This document shows positions 34,691 to 38,269 of a DNA stretch of 38,269 nucleotides, piece by piece. Below the pieces are notes generated by a model. That model did no database searches. It saw nothing but the letters and a program-made list of their open reading frames with translations, and was not told where the DNA came from. The translations under genes were made by a program, and so were the position numbers. Each line of letters begins with the position of its first letter. Position 1 is the stretch's first letter. This DNA comes from Clostridiales bacterium (lineage in GTDB: Bacteria > Bacillota > Peptococcia > DRI-13 > UBA5745): positions 1 to 38,269 of the forward strand of contig WRMS01000001.1 of the NCBI GenBank assembly GCA_009777025.1. The letters are read 5' to 3'.

Positions 34691-36727
34691 TTGGAGCATA
34701 AACGACTAACGTGGGCTGCCGCCCACAACCCAAGCGAAGCGGCATCCCCTTGGCAGAATGCTTTGATGGGGTTAACCACCCCAAACCCCGTCGGGATTCG
34801 CGGAACATACGCGCCCATTGATACTTCGGATAGCGGATTGGGGCCGAAGGACGATGTCGCTCATCCCTTCCGCTTCGCGGCGCTGCGATTCCGCAGCGTT
34901 AGCCCCATACGGACAACGAATTCGTGTTTTAAATTAACACATCAAGTCCGTAAGGTACTACTCCGTTACTTTCGCCATACTTCCGGAACGAAAGCCAAGC
35001 TGATTGCCTGCTTACTTGTGCTGGCTGTGCTGCTTTCCGCCTGTAAGGAAAGCCCGGCGCCTGATGGAGGAAACACTTCCGGCGTCATATCGCCGAACGC
35101 GTCCGTCTCGCTGACCGGCACGGTATCTCCTTCCTCGTCTGTCTCTGACGAACGGCAAACAGAAGGATGGAATCCGGATACACGGCAGGCGGATGACAGG
35201 GCCGATCCCCGCAACGACAGAGTATCGCGAGCTGCGCTGACCGGTTCCTGGACACACTTTAGTTCCAACCAATCGACCTCGTGGGTATTTAACGAAGACG
35301 GGCGATTCGCGGGCTATCTAATCGCCCAGGCCGGCAATTATTACGATTACATGGGCTATATTTACTATCGCTCCTCATCGGCTTACAAACACCTGATGCA
35401 AGGGCGCTATGAAGTAAGCGGCGGCATTATTCGATTTTTCGACTGCCAACTTAGCACTACCATCGTTTTTGATACGGAACCCTGGCATCAGAACAATCTG
35501 AATGACGCGATGGACAACTTGCTTTTCACGCGGCTGGACGCACCTTCAAGAACGGATGATTTCACTGCGGAGTTTGAATTCATCGACGCCCGGCGCTTGC
35601 GTATCCGATTGAACCGGGGCGCGCTGGAAGAATATGATATGAATTTTAAACGAGAAACAGGCAACGCCAACGCCGATATCCCGCCACATCGTATCCCGCC
35701 GGCAGAATGGCCTGCGGTTTTCCTCTCGCCGGAAATGCCTGTGGTCGGCGACAGCAGAGGCCGAATCCGGTCTGTGTCGCAAGGTTCGGTAGAAGACCTG
35801 TCTCCCGAATACCAGTATATCTATATCAATGTAGACAGATCTTCCCAGGCGTCCATTTTGGATTATGCTGCGGAGCTAAGGAAACTGGGTTGGTCTGGGC
35901 CAAGCGAAGAGGAGATATTGATTGAGAAGCAAAAAGCCTTAGACAGCGAGCTGTCAATCGTGACAACGACGTATTCGTTTCGTTACCGTAAAGGTGTATT
36001 TGAAATCACTCTATATGTTGACGCCGAAGACGAATGGCGAATCTATTCCCATCGCGAAGCCGAAGGCTTCTGGCCATCCGAGCTATTCGGGGATGAATTC
36101 AGACCTCCGGCAAACGCTGTGTTTATAGGCGTTACGGACATGAACGCGATCCATAGGGAAGCAGAAGGCTTTTCTGCCTCGTTTGAAATCGATTTCTATC
36201 CGGGTAACCGGGAAAGTTATTTCCAAGATTTACTGTCCCGGGGCTTTGTGATCTACGACAATATGTACGGCACATTGGAGATGGCCAATCACCTGCGCAT
36301 AAACGGCAGGATGTATCAAGTCGTCATATCCCCCGGTTACTACGAAATGGCTGCCATCGGCAGCGTAACCTACCGATTGACGTATTATCCGGATATGGCC
36401 TGGTCGGACGAGTTCCCCTCGGAAACTGCCCCGCCGCCCGGTTATGAATTGTTCTGGGATTACTACGATCTCAACAGAGGCGTCGGCGTGATGAATGCCG
36501 AAGGAGACAGGGGCAATTTGAAATACTCTGTCATCGGCTTGACCCAGGCAGATCTCGATAATTATTACAACAATCTGGAACAAATGGGCTGGAGTACGAG
36601 CTGGATGGGCGACGGAAAGTCCAAGCCATTCAACTGGAATGGGGGCGAATGGTGGTTCCAGATCAGGCTTTACAGATATAGTCTCAACCTCTATACTTTT
36701 GAACTGGACTTCTGGAAAACTAATTAA
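34691..36727 (+). CDS. hypothetical lipoprotein (5' end unresolved)
   Basis: A 678-codon open frame. A credible signal peptide and lipobox (KAKLIACLLVLAVLLSAC) begins only near 34995-35044. There is no ATG/GTG/TTG between 34766 and 35018, and the upstream part of the frame runs through the repeat element. The coordinates given are the maximal ORF. Confidence 0.65.
   Translation: MEHKRLTWAAAHNPSEAASPWQNALMGLTTPNPVGIRGTYAPIDTSDSGLGPKDDVAHPFRFAALRFRSVSPIRTTNSCFKLTHQVRKVLLRYFRHTSGTKAKLIACLLVLAVLLSACKESPAPDGGNTSGVISPNASVSLTGTVSPSSSVSDERQTEGWNPDTRQADDRADPRNDRVSRAALTGSWTHFSSNQSTSWVFNEDGRFAGYLIAQAGNYYDYMGYIYYRSSSAYKHLMQGRYEVSGGIIRFFDCQLSTTIVFDTEPWHQNNLNDAMDNLLFTRLDAPSRTDDFTAEFEFIDARRLRIRLNRGALEEYDMNFKRETGNANADIPPHRIPPAEWPAVFLSPEMPVVGDSRGRIRSVSQGSVEDLSPEYQYIYINVDRSSQASILDYAAELRKLGWSGPSEEEILIEKQKALDSELSIVTTTYSFRYRKGVFEITLYVDAEDEWRIYSHREAEGFWPSELFGDEFRPPANAVFIGVTDMNAIHREAEGFSASFEIDFYPGNRESYFQDLLSRGFVIYDNMYGTLEMANHLRINGRMYQVVISPGYYEMAAIGSVTYRLTYYPDMAWSDEFPSETAPPPGYELFWDYYDLNRGVGVMNAEGDRGNLKYSVIGLTQADLDNYYNNLEQMGWSTSWMGDGKSKPFNWNGGEWWFQIRLYRYSLNLYTFELDFWKTN
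34711..34948. repeat. most complete copy of the mosaic intergenic element (modules B, G, C, D, A', E)
   Basis: B 34711-34750; G/C 34766-34880; D 34877-34903; A' 34914-34926; E 34925-34948. Each has a counterpart at 13605-13644, 5197-5268 (inverted), 9102-9128, 5096-5118/13684-13706, or 9146-9161/10865-10891. A long-range 9-bp complement gcgaagcgg (34735-34743) / ccgcttcgc (34870-34878) brackets G/C. Confidence 0.65.
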
Positions 36728-37461
36728 TGTAGTGTATACGTGCCTTCGCCTTTGGTAAAGCTTAGCGTGTAAGCCCTTGCATCATATGCTATATCCAGTA
36801 TGAGAACCTGCCCATCGTCGATAGAGGCTTTGGCCAGTTGTGTTGAACCGGGAATTGCGCCGGGATTGTATTCCATAGTCAGGCCAAATTCCTCCTCCTC
36901 CATCAGGTGACGGATGTAGGCGGATAGATCAGCGGTGGGCTCGCCAGTATCGCTGTAGGCAATCCTCCTGGTGGAAACGCCTCCGCTTGTATTGCTTTCC
37001 GCACTGCGCACAGCCCGGTGTCCGACAACCAGTTTAATCGAGGGGATACGGTCGCTGCCCATAGTATAGTAGTCCGCGTTTGCCGTATTCCGGAGAGAGA
37101 TAGAGGAGGCGGCGATAGCTACGATGACACATACTGCGATGGCGCCAAGAATAAGCGGCCATTTTTTACGTTTCCCAGCTGTTTTCGTCTTGCTTTCGCT
37201 TCCGTTGATGGATTGCCGGGCAGGAACATCCTGTTCCGCAGGTTGCCGGGAGGGCGGAGATGTACGATTATCCTCCGGCGCATTCCGGGGAGGCGCATCT
37301 GCTTCCCGATTTTCCCGGGGAGGCGTATCTGCTTCCCGATTTTCGCTGGGAGATGCGTCAAGGGGCGTCTGATAGCCTTCGTCCAGCCGCGCTCCGCAAA
37401 TTCTGCAGAATTTTCTATCGGGAAGCACAGGCGACCCGCAGTTATGACAAAAACCGGACAC
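36724..37461 (-). CDS. zinc-ribbon / Pro-rich linker / single-TM / extracellular-domain protein
   Basis: GTG 37461 lies 9 nt after GGAGGAGG (MSGFCHNCGSPVLPDRKFCRICGARL), with one TM segment (WPLILGAIAVCVIVAIAASSI). Confidence 0.7.
   Translation of the reverse strand: MSGFCHNCGSPVLPDRKFCRICGARLDEGYQTPLDASPSENREADTPPRENREADAPPRNAPEDNRTSPPSRQPAEQDVPARQSINGSESKTKTAGKRKKWPLILGAIAVCVIVAIAASSISLRNTANADYYTMGSDRIPSIKLVVGHRAVRSAESNTSGGVSTRRIAYSDTGEPTADLSAYIRHLMEEEEFGLTMEYNPGAIPGSTQLAKASIDDGQVLILDIAYDARAYTLSFTKGEGTYTLH
37287..37346. repeat. 30-bp in-frame tandem duplication
   Basis: ggggaggcgcatctgcttcccgattttccc followed by ggggaggcgtatctgcttcccgattttcgc, encoding ENREADTPPR/ENREADAPPR. Confidence 0.8.
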
Positions 37462-37496
37462 GATTAAAAACCTCCTCCGTCTTGTCTGGTGGTTTG

Positions 37497-37943
37497 TTAA
37501 GCTTCTGCAGCCACTTCGTCTAATTTCGCCCCGCATTCGCCACAGAATTTCATGCCGCTATGATTCATGAAGCTGCAGGCCTTACAGTACTCCCGTGGCA
37601 GGAAGCCAATGGGATTGCCGCATTCTTCACAAAATTTGGAATCCTCCGGATTGACAGTCTTGCAGTTTACACAGGTGCGTTTGATAAGCAGCTCTTTTTG
37701 TTCTTTCTCATACCGGCTTTTCTCAATATGCAAGGAGGATTCCTGTTGTTTGAGCAGCCTGGTCTTCTCTGCGATTTCATCCACTTTCACAGCTAAATCT
37801 GCGAAATCCGATTCTTCGCGGATTCTCGGCAAGGCTTTTTCGCCGATTTCGATAAGGACTTGCAGGCGCAGGGCTTCCAGGTCTTGCAATTCTTTTTCTA
37901 TCGCAGCAAGCTGTTCGTCATAATTAGGATTGCGTTCCGTCAT
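37497..37943 (-). CDS. coiled-coil protein with a C-terminal double zinc ribbon
   Basis: ATG 37943 lies 6 nt after GGAGGT. CVNCKTVNPEDSKFCEECG and CKACSFMNHSGMKFCGECG. Confidence 0.7.
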   Translation of the reverse strand: MTERNPNYDEQLAAIEKELQDLEALRLQVLIEIGEKALPRIREESDFADLAVKVDEIAEKTRLLKQQESSLHIEKSRYEKEQKELLIKRTCVNCKTVNPEDSKFCEECGNPIGFLPREYCKACSFMNHSGMKFCGECGAKLDEVAAEA

Positions 37944-38019
37944 TTTTGTACCTCCCCTGGTTTCAGATAGGCTTCGCCTATATCTCGGATGACGAAGCCT
38001 GTCTTCTTTACGAATGGAA

Positions 38020-38269
38020 TTAATTACTCATCGCTCGTATCCCCAGTTTACTTCCCAAACTGCAATCCAACACGTAACAGGGACCAAGGGTAATATCGCC
38101 TTCACCGGAGATATAGCCGAACCAGGTTTCTTTATCGAAAAGGAATATTGTCGCGTCCCAGGAATCAGCGTCCTGACCCATCGGCAAATTGGTGGTCTCA
38201 ATCAGGAAGTAATCGCCGGTTCCCGGCCAAGCTTCCACAGCAACCTGGGCGTGTCCGGGTGGGAAAACC
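38020..38269 (-). CDS. hypothetical protein, N-terminus outside the window
   Basis: The minus-strand frame is open from the window edge down to the stop at 38020 (...FPPGHAQVAVEAWPGTGDYFLIETTNLPMG...). It is the first gene of the zinc-ribbon unit. Confidence 0.45.
   Translation of the reverse strand, partial: VFPPGHAQVAVEAWPGTGDYFLIETTNLPMGQDADSWDATIFLFDKETWFGYISGEGDITLGPCYVLDCSLGSKLGIRAMSN

Noticed and set aside
34582-34818. 71-78-aa minus-strand ORFs in the 34.6-34.8 kb gap, and the 63-aa ORF at 5133-5324.
   Set aside because: They have no RBS, run through the repeated hairpin modules, and the two loci do not preserve a common reading frame because indels fall between modules.
1-38269. 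Window-wide search for CRISPR arrays, retron or DGR components, and prophage or IS boundaries.
   Set aside because: There are no regularly spaced repeats, no reverse transcriptase, no Cas-like genes, no recombinase or transposase ORF, and no template/variable repeat pair. The repeats present are irregular mosaic modules and short in-frame or intergenic tandem repeats.

Overview
This 38.3-kb window looks like chromosomal DNA from a Firmicutes/Clostridia-type anaerobe. The evidence is a T-box leader on metG, rapZ-whiA, a clostridial 2x[4Fe-4S] ferredoxin, a tungsten-type aldehyde:ferredoxin oxidoreductase, a dockerin-bearing protein and copper-amine-oxidase-N 'stalk' domains. Housekeeping genes (tpiA, pgk, aor, rapZ, whiA, uvrC, metG, ilvE, ridA) are GC-rich by eye. 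They are interrupted by three clearly more AT-rich accessory patches at about 20.0-21.6 kb, 23.4-26.9 kb and 31.2-34.4 kb. I found no rRNA, tRNA, CRISPR array, integrase, transposase or reverse transcriptase.

Three things deserve a second look:
1. An AT-rich minus-strand operon at 31.27-34.32 kb encodes an HTH protein, a large tandem-repeat/coiled-coil protein of unknown family, a 60-aa ORF and a metallophosphoesterase. The HTH ORF and the large ORF meet at an odd -1 frame junction.
2. Directly upstream of that operon lies a roughly 600-nt gene-free, hairpin-dense region (34.36-34.96 kb). It holds a promoter-to-terminator unit and the most complete copy of a mosaic family of short sequence modules. 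The modules recur at four other clear loci plus one marginal one (5.1, 9.1, 10.9, 13.6 and, weakly, 26.5 kb), and two hairpins show compensatory base changes between copies.
3. A DUF3791-DUF3990-DUF3791-like cassette is bracketed by 21-bp direct repeats, and its central protein carries ADP-ribosyltransferase-like motifs.

All calls come from reading the sequence and the ORF track, with no database search. Family names are recognised from motifs, and several start codons are re-assigned from Shine-Dalgarno context, so treat both as provisional.
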